A DNA stretch of 64,000 bases from Octopus sinensis (taxonomy: Eukaryota): NCBI RefSeq assembly GCF_006345805.1, contig NC_043006.1, positions 48,174,001 to 48,238,000 on the forward strand, written 5' to 3'. This document shows positions 50,389-64,000 of this stretch, one piece after another; position 1 is the stretch's first letter, and each line of letters starts with the position of its first letter. The position numbers and the translations under genes are program-made. The notes under the pieces were generated by a model. The model saw only the letters and a list, made by a program, of their open reading frames with translations, was not told where the DNA came from and ran no database searches.

Positions 50389-51770
50389 CTGAATTTGTAT
50401 ATTTGTATTATCTGCATCATTCAGTCTGAATAATCTTAGTTATGTTCAAGAAATCTCAAAATTAGTGGAAGAGAAACAAGAAATTGTGATGGTTGCCTTT
50501 TCTACAAAACTCATTCATATTTTAAAAAGAAGCATTGAAGTGAATATACGCTGAGTCGAAAGCAATTCAATTGGACTGATTGCTGAGATCTTTTATTGTA
50601 TAGCAGATGAATAACGTCCGCAACAAGAAACTGCATAACCAAGCCTGTGATGTCTTATCAATAGCAATTTGTACACCATATCATTTATACACTATGTATG
50701 TATCTATACATACATACACGCACACACACACACAGATTGCTGAAGTATTTGTTAACATTTGTATCGTTTAGTTCAATTATCCCTCTTCGATATATCATTA
50801 TTCAAATGAATTGTAAATGTTCGTTAATAGATTTAATTTGGTGTAAGCATACAGAGCAATTGTTATTATTAATATAATTAAAGTTAATATATCAAGTAAC
50901 TTTCTACATTATATTTCTCCCTCTTTGATGTTATAATAAATGTTGTAATTTCCATTATCGTTGTTGTTGCTACTCTTGTTATTGTTATTATACCTAGCGT
51001 TAAGTGCAAATCATTCACTGCGTATTCATTCCTCGCCTGTTCGTGTTATTAACACTGTTTGGTATTGAAACCATCATTAATGTTAGATTTTTATTTCCAC
51101 GTATAATTTATTCTCAATGCTCAAGTTGCTACCGTTTATGTGGTTATATAGATCAGCAGATGTGGTTGTTGTTGCTGTTGTTGCTTCTGAAACTGACATA
51201 TCTATTGCTAATAATCTACAATCAATTATGCTATTAACAATAATGTTAACATTTAGCCATTGATTTTAATATTACATATTTCCACTAACTTTGCAGTAGT
51301 CTTGGTCGCAGTTAAAACGTTTTCAGCATTCTCTTCATGTTACAGACTTTGTTCCTATAATAGTTATGTTTTTTCTTGTAGTTTTTTTTTTTTTTTTTTT
51401 CCAACTTTTAGTCTAAAATTATTCAGTTTTATTCCTGTTGCCTAGTAAGCTATAGAATACATTTTCGTTGTATTATACCGCCTTCGTGAATTATTAGAGA
51501 ACTATGCTACAAGTCCTGCATTTCTGAAAGAAGATGACGACTAACTACCAAAATGAAAAGTGGTGGAGAGAGACAGAGACAGAGAAAGACAACCAGAGAG
51601 AGAGAGAGAGAGAGAGAGAGTATAAAATCATTTATAGCATTTTGTATTTCTATCACTGTTGTGTGTTCAAAACCAGCTAAGGTCGGTATAAACAATTTTC
51701 CTTCCAAATGTTAAGATAATATGCTGACGTTCCATTAATTGAACTGTCTTATAAATTTGTAGCCATATAG

Positions 51771-52170
51771 GCGCAGGAGTGGCTGTGCAGTAAGTAGCAT
51801 GCTTACCAATAACATGGTTCCGGGTTAGTCCCACTGCGTGGTACATTGGGCAGGTGTCTTCTACTATAGCCTCGGGCCGACCAAAACATTCTGAGTGGAT
51901 TTGGTAGAAAGAAACTGAAAGAAGCCCGCCGTATATCTATATAAAAATATTTATGTATATGTTTGTGTGTCTGTGTTTGTCTCCCTCAACACCGCTTGAC
52001 AACCGATACTGGTGTGTTTACGTCCCCCTCACTTAGCAGTTCGGCAAGAGAAGTCGATAGAATGAGTACTAAACTTACAGATAATTAGAACTGGGGTCGA
52101 TTTGCTCGATAGCGGTGCCCCAGCATGGCCAATATCAAATGACTGAAACAAGTAAAAGAATAAACGAATA
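51771..52170 (+). mobile_element. SINE family A
   Basis: Homology to 6809-7224. Confidence 0.88.
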
Positions 52171-52893
52171 AAGGAATATAAACTACATTACATATTTCTA
52201 TCAGATAGCAAAATCACTAGAATGCCGGATTAAGTGACTTCTGGCGTTTAGTTACATCCTTTTACGTTCTAAAGTCAAGTATTAGCATGGGCTGAATTTG
52301 TGGTGTTGAAAAAAGGGACAACGTAAGCACTGAACGCGATATACATTACTGTCTGTTCACAAAACTGTGGCTTGTATTCTTTCAGGGTCGATATATAAAT
52401 TACGGCACTCAAATTGCTTAAGCATCGGACAGGATGCATTAGGGTATCCGTTCGGAGTCTGTGCATCCTGAGTTCAAATCCCACCGCCTGTCACCGAAAT
52501 AAAAATGAAAAGATGACGAGTGACATTTCTCAGATATTACAGCCGATAAAGACACATATACACATACACAAACACACATACACCAACGTGCACACAAACA
52601 AATGCTTATTACTAAAGATACAGAGCTGGTTAAATTTGTTCTGTAATGAAAGACTTGTAAAACAATAACTTCTGTTATATTTTATGCGCACAAAATAATC
52701 GTTCAAAAACAGAAGGAAGAGAAATCCTATACCATTAAGAATGTCAAATGTAACGAGAAATAACAAAATGTGGCATAGAAAAACATATTTGCGACCAACT
52801 TAGAAATCCTAAACATGTATAGATGTAAGTATATACAATGCATACACACACAAACAGACCACTTACATACATACATATATGTATGTATGTATG

Positions 52894-52948
<55 letters not shown>

Positions 52949-53917
52949 TAACATTCATCAGTGAGAATGAGTACCCAACGCCGCATTAGAGGATAAATAT
53001 TTTTATTTTATCCATCATAGTTTCATAGGAGATAGATGCGAACTGCGAACTGCAACAACCCCTGTGACAGGTGTCATAACTGCTAAGAGATATCTTCCTT
53101 AGTATGAAACTAATGGTAGCCTGTAATATCCGGAAATAAATATGTATATATAACAAGAAGCTGCTTTGAGAACTTTATTATGGAAAAAATAAACTATCGC
53201 GTTTTTAACTAAATAAGATTCTACCGGTTTCAATTGTTTTAAGATGATGATTTAGTCATGTTGCATTATACGTTTTTTTTAAATTCAAATAAATTATATT
53301 AATCTTCTATAATATCAGTTCTGGATTTTCACATATATCTGTTATATCAAATGGTGATGCTATATCGTTTCCCTCCGATTGTTACTGGTTAGTAGTTAGT
53401 AGTAGAAGTACTAGCCGGCTTTTAGTGGAACGGGTAACTCGTAGTCCTGTAAGTGGCAGTATATATATATGTGAGTGTGATGTGTGTATGTGTGTATGCA
53501 TACATATACACACACATATACACAGACACACATATAAGTACATCTGCTGTGTATATAGTATATTTATAAAAAGAATAAATTTAACTGATTCTTCCTAGAT
53601 TGAAAAACATGACGAACGACATTAATTGGTTTTCGAATATTATTGTGCTCTCATCAGAGGCTTCTGTATCATTCTGACCAATACCAAAGAAAGAAGGGCT
53701 AGGGAAAGCTGGACCTACTAATTTGCATTCCGGAAGTGTTAACATTTTATCTTAAATATCAAGTGCCCGTCAACGGAAGTAGATTTAACAGTGTTTATAT
53801 TCTGAGATGGCTAAAAGTGTGAATTCTGTCATAAAGCTGTATTGTGAAATCTGTTGTTTCCTCAATTTCAATTATATATAAGTGTGAAACCCACAGCTGA
53901 ACAGATCAAGAAAACTT

Positions 53918-54197
53918 ATTCAATTCAATTCAATTTTTATTGCCTCAAAAAGCAAAAGCAAGGCCATGTAGGGGGACAGGGAGTTATGTACAGGGAGGGT
54001 GGTCATACAAAGAGTTCAGGCCATTTCTGGTCAAAAGAGACTTTGAACCGAGCGGTCGTCGGCATCTTCACTATCTCGGGCGGCAGCTTATTCCACAGAT
54101 CCGCAACCCGGACGGAGAAAGCCCCTCTCCTTCGATTGAGATGAAATCGTCATAGATAGAGCTTTTCGGAGTGACCCTACAGCCCACGCTCTGGAGC
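53918..54197 (-). mobile_element. CR1-clade LINE 3' end
   Basis: GHSEKLYL*RFHLNRRRGAFSVRVADLWNKLPPEIVKMPTTARFKVSFDQKW; aataaa followed by an (ATTGA)n tail at about 53920-53942. Confidence 0.85.
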
Positions 54198-54516
54198 AGT
54201 TGACAAAGCCGCAAATATCCACATTTTATTCAAACATGTTGAGTTTAATATTGAAATTAGAGTTCCTTCCTACGTCTTAATTTAAATAGTTGCGTGCATT
54301 TTCCTATTATCCCTAGCATATCGAGAGATGGCATTTGAAACTCAAATATTGATGGTGTTGATAATATTATCATAGCTTTGATTGGAGTTTAACCCGAGAC
54401 ATTAAAAGCACACTATTCGCTGCTATTATGCATATCGATGTTATTTCCGTTTAACCGCAGGTCGTTTAACCCTTACCAAGCAAACCAGTGATCAACAAAC
54501 GTTAGCAATTTTAGTA

Positions 54517-54540
54517 TTGCTATTGTTATTATTATTATTA

Positions 54541-54604
<64 letters not shown>

Positions 54605-54633
54605 CATCATCATCATCATTATCATTATTATTA

Positions 54634-54675
<42 letters not shown>

Positions 54676-54682
54676 CATCATC

Positions 54683-54725
<43 letters not shown>

Positions 54726-54739
54726 TATTTTATTATAGA

Positions 54740-54778
<39 letters not shown>
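54517..54778. repeat. (ATT)n/(CAT)n microsatellite
   Basis: Read directly from the sequence. Confidence 0.95.
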
Positions 54779-54779
<1 letters not shown>

Positions 54780-55061
54780 TGATGTACAGCCAACAGAATT
54801 TGTTGGTTTTGTTTTGCTTTCGGTCAGTTTTCATCTAACAGACAATCGTTTGAAATCCAGTTCTTCAGTTACGATACTTGGTGTTTTTATTGTTGTCGCT
54901 TAGCCTCGGGTCAGACATGAACTAACAGATTTTATGATCAAAAAATGCATAGGATTCCAGTATTCGCTGTGTGATTAATATTGTAATATTGCTATCGTCA
55001 CCGTCGTCGTCGTTGTTAAAGTTCATGTCTGACTTGACTGTGCAAAAGTATGCTAAAAATA

Positions 55062-55115
55062 TTTTTGCTTTTCCATTTTTCACTCCTGCTGTTGATTATA
55101 TATATAAATAAATAA

Positions 55116-55181
<66 letters not shown>

Positions 55182-55230
55182 TTATTATATATATAATCAA
55201 CAGCAGGAGTGAAAAATGGAAAAGCAAAAA
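55062..55230. repeat. Foldback: about 35-bp complex arms plus AT-rich arms around (TA)n
   Basis: tttttgcttttccatttttcactcctgctgttgat ... atcaacagcaggagtgaaaaatggaaaagcaaaaa. Confidence 0.92.
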
Positions 55231-55374
55231 GAATATATATATATAAAGGTATATATATATATTTATATATATATATATATAAAGATAGATAGAGAGTTAG
55301 ATAGATAGATATTATTACTCGAATAATGTATATAATATATATATATACATACATGTATATAACATATATATATG

Positions 55375-55412
<38 letters not shown>

Positions 55413-56419
55413 TATACATGCATACATATATATAATATAATATACATGCATACATATATATATCTATATATATATATATATATATATATACATGCATACA
55501 TATATATATATATATATCTTTGTGGGTGCTGATACTTAACCCGAGGTCAGTCTTCATCTGGTAGATCTATGATCAAAAAAACAGTTTAGATTCGATTTTT
55601 CATTCGTGTTGATGTAGCAGTTTAACTCCAGGTCAGTTGATCCAAGAAAATTATGATGAATATGATGAAAAATGTTTGAGATATCATTCTTCAGTTCTGT
55701 CGATGTTTTCGTTGTGTAGTCCAAACAATAGCTTTGATCCCAATAGGCCTACGATCAAGGAACTTTTGATATCCATTGCTTTCGCTTATAGTCGATATTG
55801 TTGTTGTTGTTGTTGTTGTTTGTACTGTTGCAATTGCTGCTGCTGCTGCAGTTGCTGTTGTTGGTTAGTTTTGATCCAATACATCTATAATCAAAAACCT
55901 TCTAAACCTTCTTTATTGGCTTCGGGTATATTAGTACTACATTATTCAAACTACGCGTCATTTTTGCAAAACTGAAAGATGTGTGATTTAAAAGTATTCT
56001 CATATTTTTCACACGTTGTATGACCACATAGAAATTCCCTTATTTTTCATTTTATTTATTTATTTATTTATTTTTTTTTTTTTTTGTCAGGAAGAGACGT
56101 ACTTATGACCTTTCAGAGCAACAGTCCTCAACCTATTTTGCTCCACATATAACTTACATACAAGACACAGACAGATCGGGGATTACTCGCATAACAAAAC
56201 ACAATCAAATATATAAGAAATAATTTGATTATCGCATACATGATGCATACACATGTATTACATATACGAGTGAGGTGCTGAAAAGTTTGTGAATTTGAGT
56301 AAAGGAAAATACAGGAGGATCCGTTACGAGGGTGAGTTGTGAAAAGAGATATAAAAAACAGAAAATGTTAGCAATTTTCCATATTGCAGGATGCTGCGTG
56401 ACTTATGGACACTTTGGAT

Positions 56420-56457
56420 ATAATATATATACATATATATATATGTCTATATATATA

Positions 56458-56501
<44 letters not shown>

Positions 56502-56730
56502 TATATATATATAATATATATATATATATATTATATATATGTATATATGTGTATATATATGTATATATGTATATATATATATATATGCATATATATAATA
56601 TATATATATATATATATAATATCTATATATATATACATAGATATATATATATATATATATAACATATATACATATATATACACATATAACATATATATCT
56701 ATATAATATATATATATATATATATATAAT

Positions 56731-56775
<45 letters not shown>
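56420..56775. repeat. Long interrupted (TA)n
   Basis: Read directly from the sequence. Confidence 0.93.
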
Positions 56776-56776
<1 letters not shown>

Positions 56777-56777
56777 A

Positions 56778-56940
56778 TATGTTTCTTTCAGTTTCCGTCT
56801 ACTAAATCCACTCACAAGGCCTGGTCGGCCCGCCCGAAGTTATAGTAGAAGACAGTTCCTCCAAGGTTCAACGCTGAGGGACTGAACGCGGAACCATGTG
56901 GTTGGGGAGCATGCTTCTTACCACACAATCATGCCTGCGC
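56778..56940 (-). mobile_element. SINE family A 5' half
   Basis: ctttcagtttccgtctac...gaaccatgtggttgg...cttaccacac...ctgcgc. Confidence 0.82.
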
Positions 56941-57744
56941 TTATAAATTTTGTTTTTGTTTTTTTTAAGACGGACTCGTGTGCGATTTGAATGAAATTTT
57001 ACTATTAATTTTTGACAATCGATTGAGCGTGTCTATGTCCCCCGTTCGTTCAAATCAGTCCTTGTAGTAACATCATGTGAAATGCAGCAATACTCACACA
57101 TTCTTATAATGCTATTTTGTTTTTTTTACATTGACAACAATACATTAATTGAAGATTTCGTTATTTATGGTTTAGTGTTGGAATCTGGTTTGTAAACGTT
57201 ATACAAGAATTCCTCCTCGCCTCCAAAATAATCCAGATACTATCTATGTACCGTGGCTACATTCCTCTCATCAAAAGCCACCCACAGTGTCTTTAACTCA
57301 TCTTTTACTTCCAAACCAACGCTTCACTGAATCTTTTACAAAACCATTCAAACGTCTTTTATCAATTGGGAGTTCACTATTGGCGGAGCTATGATAAGGC
57401 GCGAACCTTCATCAGTCAGAATTCCAGCATCTTACTCTTGTCACTGTTTCTCTTTCTATTTCCTTTCTTTATAATTTCCTTCTGTTATCTACTTCCATGT
57501 CGTTGCCATCTTCATCTTTTTCATGTATTTTATACATTTATTTATTTATTTACTTGCTTATTTTTTCATTTCGCTTTTCCTTGCTTCTTTTGCGTTTCTT
57601 TTGTCACTTCCTTCTTCGCCTCTTTCCTTGTTGTCGCTAACGTTGTTTCCTTGTTACTGTAGCTGTTATTGCTGTTATTGTTGTTGTTGTTCTTCTACTT
57701 CACCTCCTTGTTTTTCAACTTCCTTACCTTCTCTTTCAACTTCT

Positions 57745-57746
57745 TT

Positions 57747-57781
<35 letters not shown>

Positions 57782-57858
57782 TACTACTACTTCACATTCT
57801 TCAACTTCTTTCACTACTACTACTACTCCTACTACTACTACTACTACTACTACTACTA

Positions 57859-57899
<41 letters not shown>

Positions 57900-58077
57900 C
57901 AACGCCGCCATCCTCGTCGTCGTATTTTCCCTACTTCTGTCACCATGTTCCTTTGAATTTTTTTCTTACCCTTATCTTTTGGGGCTTCTGTCTTCTTCCT
58001 TTTCTTCTTTATTTCTTTCTTTTGCATTGCTTTGTATCTTCTTTACATCATCATCACTATTGTCACCATCATCGTCG

Positions 58078-58110
<33 letters not shown>

Positions 58111-58220
58111 CCGTCGTGGTCGTCGTTAACATCGTCATCATCACCATCACTCTCATCGTCACTACCATCAGCAGCAGAAACATTATTGTCATCATCATCA
58201 TCATCATCATCATCATAGCA
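57745..58220. repeat. (ACT)n/(AAT)n/(CAT)n mosaic block
   Basis: Read directly from the sequence. Confidence 0.88.
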
Positions 58221-58829
58221 CCGGCAACAATATCTACATCATCGTGGTGATCAACGTCATCATTAACATTGCCGCCGTCATCATTATCTTTCCCATTCCT
58301 TTATATTCTCATCTAGCTTTCTTTCCAAACACCATCGACTTCTCTCCTCCTCCTCCTCCTCCTCCTCCCATTCCTCTGTCTGCTGCTATACACTTTTTGG
58401 TGTGGGCAAAAATGCAAGTCGAAATCGAAAGAGAAAATTTAAAAAGCAAGGAACAACGAGGAAAGGCAATAAGGAGATAGTTCGAAACAAGGATGTATCA
58501 CTTTCAGAGAACATGCTGCAAAGATACAGGGTGATGGCATGATTAAGACAGATTTACTGTCTCTTTCTCTCCATCCCTCTCTTTCTCTCATTCTCCCTCC
58601 CTTTCGCTCTCGCTCTCTCTCCCTCTCTAGCTCTCTCATCTAAGTCTGGTTTTGTATACCATCGATTTCATATATGGCTATATGTGCACACGCACCAACA
58701 CACGTACACACACATACACAAACACATACACACACACGCACGGGCGTACACACATATATATATATATAAAGACAAACAGAGACAGAGATAATTGGAACTA
58801 AATAAATTGATAGAGAGAGAGAAACAGAG

Positions 58830-59083
<254 letters not shown>

Positions 59084-59503
59084 CGTATATATGCGTGTTT
59101 GTGTGTGTGTATACATCTATATATGTGTGAGTGTACATTTATGTTGGTATGTATAGTATATATATATATACATATCTATATCTATATGAGTGTCTGTGTG
59201 TGCGCGACTGCACACGCATACGCCTTAATCACTGGCACACACAAATACATACGCACATATACTGAAGTGAAAGAGGAAAAGAGAGAGAGAAGAACGAGAA
59301 AGAAGTCGAAAGTAATAAAGGAGACAAGTAAAAAAAGACATAGAATAAAGGTGGAAGAAAATGATGGATATAACGGGTCGGAAACATGCGGAGGAGGCAC
59401 CAAAATAGTGGCACATATGTAGATATACGGTGAGGTAAACACACCACCATGGTTGTCAGGCGATTGTTGGGGGACAAACACAGACACAGAAACATATACA
59501 CGC

Positions 59504-59577
<74 letters not shown>

Positions 59578-59652
59578 TTTCAACAATTGAACTTATATAT
59601 ATATATTATATATTATATATATATAATATATATTATACATATATATACATAT

Positions 59653-59802
59653 ATACGACAGGCTTCTTTCAGTTTCCGTCTACCAAATCAAACTCACTGG
59701 CTATAGTAGAAGACACTTACCAAAGGTGTCACGCAGTGGGACTGAACCCGGAACCATATGGCTCGTAAGCAAGCTACTTACCACACAGCCACTCCTACGC
59801 CT
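59653..59802 (-). mobile_element. SINE family A 5' half; the 3' half is likely at about 59420-59500
   Basis: cgacaggcttctttcagtttccgtctacc...ttaccacacagccactcctacgcc. Confidence 0.82.
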
Positions 59803-59931
59803 ATACATACATAACTACATACATAACTACATACCTAGATAGATACATACATACATTCATACATACATACAAACGTACGTACATACATACATACATACAT
59901 ACATACATACATACATACATACATACATACA

Positions 59932-59964
<33 letters not shown>

Positions 59965-60341
59965 TATTGTGCATGTGCGTGCATGAGATTAAGTATGCGT
60001 ATGAATTCTATATGTGAAGTTGAGAGTGAGTCGGTTTTTTCCTATAGTATTAAATTTAAATAGAAACGAAAACGAGAACGAATATGAATTTTTATGCAAC
60101 AGATATATTGTTGATGGTGAATGACATTAAGCAACATTAAACATTAACTTCTGTTTCTCTTAAGAGAGTATTTGCAAGCCGCCATTTTGTTTTTACAAAA
60201 ACGAAATTTAACATAAACGACAGACATTTTATAAATGCCTCTAATACCTTGATTAAGCAACTTAACGATGCCACGTCACGCCTTATTTATTAACAATTCT
60301 CTCTCCCCTCTCTCACTCTCTGTCTCTCTCCCACAGACTCC

Positions 60342-60372
<31 letters not shown>

Positions 60373-60947
60373 ATCTATCTATCTATATATCTATCTATAT
60401 CTCTTTCTCTCACGCTAAACAGATGGATAAAATGCATTGTATAACTACTATCGCACAAACATTTGAATGCAAATAAATGTGTATGTATGCACATATCTTT
60501 CTATACATATACATGTATCCATATGTGTGTCTGTGTATGTATGTCTGTATTTATGGGTGTATTTATATATATATATATACCCATAAAATTGCTTATATAT
60601 ACACACATATATATGTATATGCATATGGATCAATATAATATCCTTCCCTCTATCTTATCTTGGTTTTGCTTTCTAGTGTTCATTTACATATATATTTAAA
60701 TGCAAATCCATAGAACACGCCCGCATAATATGTTCACAATTATCAAAAATAAAAATGTGTATCATATATTTAGAAACAGATGTACATACATACATAAACA
60801 CGTATATACATATGTATACATATACATATAGGTGTATCTATATATGTGTAAACATACGGAACACATATGAAACAGTGTATGTGTATATGCGTTACTGTTT
60901 TGTGTTATCTGCTTAAGGATATATTCTAAGTATATTCATATTTTGTG

Positions 60948-61246
60948 GCGGCGCATGGCTTAATGGTTAGGATGTCAGTATTATGATCGTAATATTGTGG
61001 TTTCGATTCCTGGACCGGGTGACGCGTGGTGTTCTTGAGCAAAACACTTCATTTCACGTTGCTCCAGTCCACTCAGCTGGCAAAAATGAGTAACGCTGCG
61101 ATGGACTGGCGCCCCGTCCAGCTAAGGAACACACACGCCATTGAAACCGGGAAACCGGGCCCATGAGCCTGGCTAGGCTTTAAAAAGGGCGCATTTGTGG
61201 AAGCGCGTGGCTTAGTGGTTAGGGTGTCAGCATGATGATCGTAAGA
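60948..61246 (+). mobile_element. SINE family C, full copy plus the start of a second copy
   Basis: ggcggcgcatggcttaatggttagg..ggtttcgattcctggacc..cttgagcaaaacacttcatttcacgttgctccagtccactcagctgg..gcgatggactggcg..gaaaccgggaaaccgggcccatgagcc. A new head begins at about 61200. Confidence 0.88.
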
Positions 61247-61571
61247 CGAAATTGAATATAAACATCCGACATTCTATAAAAGCATCTAATAACTTAATGA
61301 AGGCTATAAAAATCTATAATGAGCAGTTAACCGAGCGACGACACTCATCGTCTAAACCAACGGATGATCCTTCGCATTAATATATGTATGTATGTGTACC
61401 ATATATAAGAGACAGAGAGAACAAGTCCCATATTTCGAAACATGATCAACCAAATCCTTTTCTATCTCTTTTTCGTTCTCCCTCTTCATCCCTCACATTA
61501 TAAATTTATGGGCATCCATCTTTCCGTCTCTCACTCTTTTCATTTTGACACTCCCTCTCCTCCTCTCCGTG

Positions 61572-61602
<31 letters not shown>

Positions 61603-61664
61603 TATATAATTATATTAATATATATATATATATTATATATATTATATATTATTATATACTCTTT

Positions 61665-61795
61665 ATTCTTTTACTCTCTTTTTATTTGTTTCAGTCATTT
61701 GACTGTGGCCATGCTGGAGCACCGCTAGATGACGGAGACGTAAACACACCAGCATCGATTTTCAAGCGTTGTTGGGGGGACAAACGCAGACACAA
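61665..61795 (-). mobile_element. SINE family A 3' part with internal deletion
   Basis: ttgtttcagtcatttgactgtggccatgctggagcaccg...gacgtaaacacaccagcatcg. Confidence 0.8.
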
Positions 61796-62736
61796 AAATA
61801 CATACAATCACACACGCACACACACACACACCTATATATATATATATATATTTATACACACACACATACACATTAGTATTTTCAAATATCTCTATGTATT
61901 TTATATGAGTATGTACTCTTGGTTATATGTGTGCGTTTATATATATATGTTTGTGTGTCTATGTATGCATTGGTTTGTGTGCATATATGTATATGCGTGT
62001 GCTGTGCACATGAATGTCTGCGTAGTATAGCTCTAACAGAAAAATACACGTAAGGATATACGCGTACGTGTGTATGTGTGTTGTATGCTCTGAGTATCTC
62101 TGAGTATACAGAACGCAGGAGATTCAGTACGATGAGTTTCATAAATGATATAAGAGAATGGGAACGCCTACAACTTCCTCGTTTCCTCTCAATCTCTCTT
62201 CATCACAAAATAACATAAAACTCACAAAACACACAAGTAAAAAAAAATAAATAAAGTAAAAACAAATAATATACTAACAAACAGAAAGGAAAAATAGTAA
62301 AATTCAATCTAAGCTAAACACACAGTTAAACAAAAATAAAATAACAGAAACGTAACGAAAAAATAGCATTTTTAAAGAAAACCATAACAAACCGTTATTA
62401 AATAAATAAATAATCATTGAAAAGATTTAAACATTAAATTGTGCACTCCAACGAACAGTATATTAAACGTTTACGTCACACATGCGAGATCAGCGATAAA
62501 TCTTAGCAGAAACCACATTTTGTACAGTAAATATTTCATGTACGTTTAACGGGCAGAGCATGTTATACTGAAGTTTCATTCATTAAGTCTAATTCAATCG
62601 TTTATCAAGTTATTCCATCTATTTAGATTTTATATTTACTTACGTATTCATTTTTATTTTCGATTTTATATTTCCCAGTTTTACTTCTACTGTTTTGTAT
62701 CTGCTTCATTTTTGTTTGACTTTTAAAGCAATTTGG

Positions 62737-62784
<48 letters not shown>

Positions 62785-63148
62785 CATGCATGAATACATC
62801 CGTACATATATATATATATATATTACATGCATGAATACATGCGTACATATATATATATATATATATATACAAACATATACCCATGCACATACACACGTGC
62901 TAAAGAATGTGGGTAGATATATGCAAATAGTATATATGCACACTTGCATCAACATACAGCATACATAAATGTATATGTAGATAGATGTATGTATATAGAC
63001 ATACACAGACAAACTTGAGCATATATACATATATAAATACGCACACACACACATACACATACATATGAATGTATGTATGTATGTGTACATTGTAATCTAT
63101 ATGTCAGTATGCATAATATCCCCTTACATGCTAGATGTTTAAATGAAG

Positions 63149-63202
<54 letters not shown>

Positions 63203-63366
63203 CAAATATACATATATACATATATACATATATATAATCACGTATGCGTTATCTATTCCAGTATTTACATACATATACATAAATGTATATATTATGTGTA
63301 ACTACATTAAAAATTGATATGTATATATACATATATATGCATATATATATATATATATAATATAAT

Positions 63367-63421
<55 letters not shown>

Positions 63422-63914
63422 TATATATATACATCAATTTATACACATACATATACATGTATATATTTAGCGTGTGTAGCAGGTATACATAAACACATGC
63501 ACACACACACGTACATATTAACATTCTTCTGTTTTGTTTAATTTGGCTTTCAATATTGCTAACTGCTTTTCTTGCTTAATGTCTTCTGTTATAATATTAT
63601 GTTATCTTCCTTCGCTTCTTTTCTTCTCCTTATTTCATCCAATGATTTGTTCTATTCCGTTTTCGTATTCCTTGTTTTCTTTAAGTAATTTAAGATTGCG
63701 CGTTACCGCTTTAGTGGAGAAGAACTGATGGATTTCGATTACATGAAAATAAGGGTTATTCGGTGTATATCTGTCCATATATTCTTCTCTAACGAGAGGA
63801 GATTATTCCCTCTGTCAGTGTTTGGTCCACAAGACGCATCTGTCTTTGCAAATTTCTGCCTTACTATATGGGATTTGTATCAATTTTGATCATAGAGTGT
63901 TTATATATATATAT

Positions 63915-64000
63915 ATATACTCTTTTACTCTCATTTACTCTTTTACTTGTTTCAGTTATTTGACTGCGGCCATGCTGGAGCACCGCCTTTAGTCGAGCAA
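63915..64000 (-). mobile_element. SINE family A tail, continuing beyond the window
   Basis: cttttacttgtttcagttatttgactgcggccatgctggagcaccgccttttagtcgagcaa. Confidence 0.85.

Noticed and set aside
59099-59511. Lys/Glu/Arg-rich ORF of 107 aa
   Set aside because: Composed of purine-rich low-complexity sequence and a SINE A fragment.

Overview
AT-rich, repeat-saturated eukaryotic non-coding DNA. It is most likely from an octopus (coleoid cephalopod) genome; this is an inference from the SINE families and extreme microsatellite load, not a database result. I found no credible host protein-coding exon, rRNA, true tRNA gene or CRISPR array. Almost all ORFs in the track are translations of microsatellites or SINEs. 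The window holds at least four tRNA-headed SINE families. It also holds fragments of R4/Dong-like, RTE/BovB-like and CR1-like LINEs, an internally deleted piggyBac with a paralogous empty site nearby, a Helitron helicase relic, a probable Sola-like transposase relic, and several direct and inverted local duplications. The most interesting signal is three different minimal type I hammerhead-ribozyme-like motifs. One sits inside a tRNA-headed SINE (Pol III head, (AAT)n, hammerhead, tail) that at three loci is paired head-to-head with an inverted 5'-truncated copy of its own 3' end. That architecture is typical of Penelope-like elements (PLEs) and suggests a PLE-mobilised, ribozyme-bearing SINE family. 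All copies here are decayed; the hammerhead is reconstructed from a by-eye consensus, and novelty was not checked against databases. Coordinates were counted by hand, and repeat boundaries may be off by several bases.
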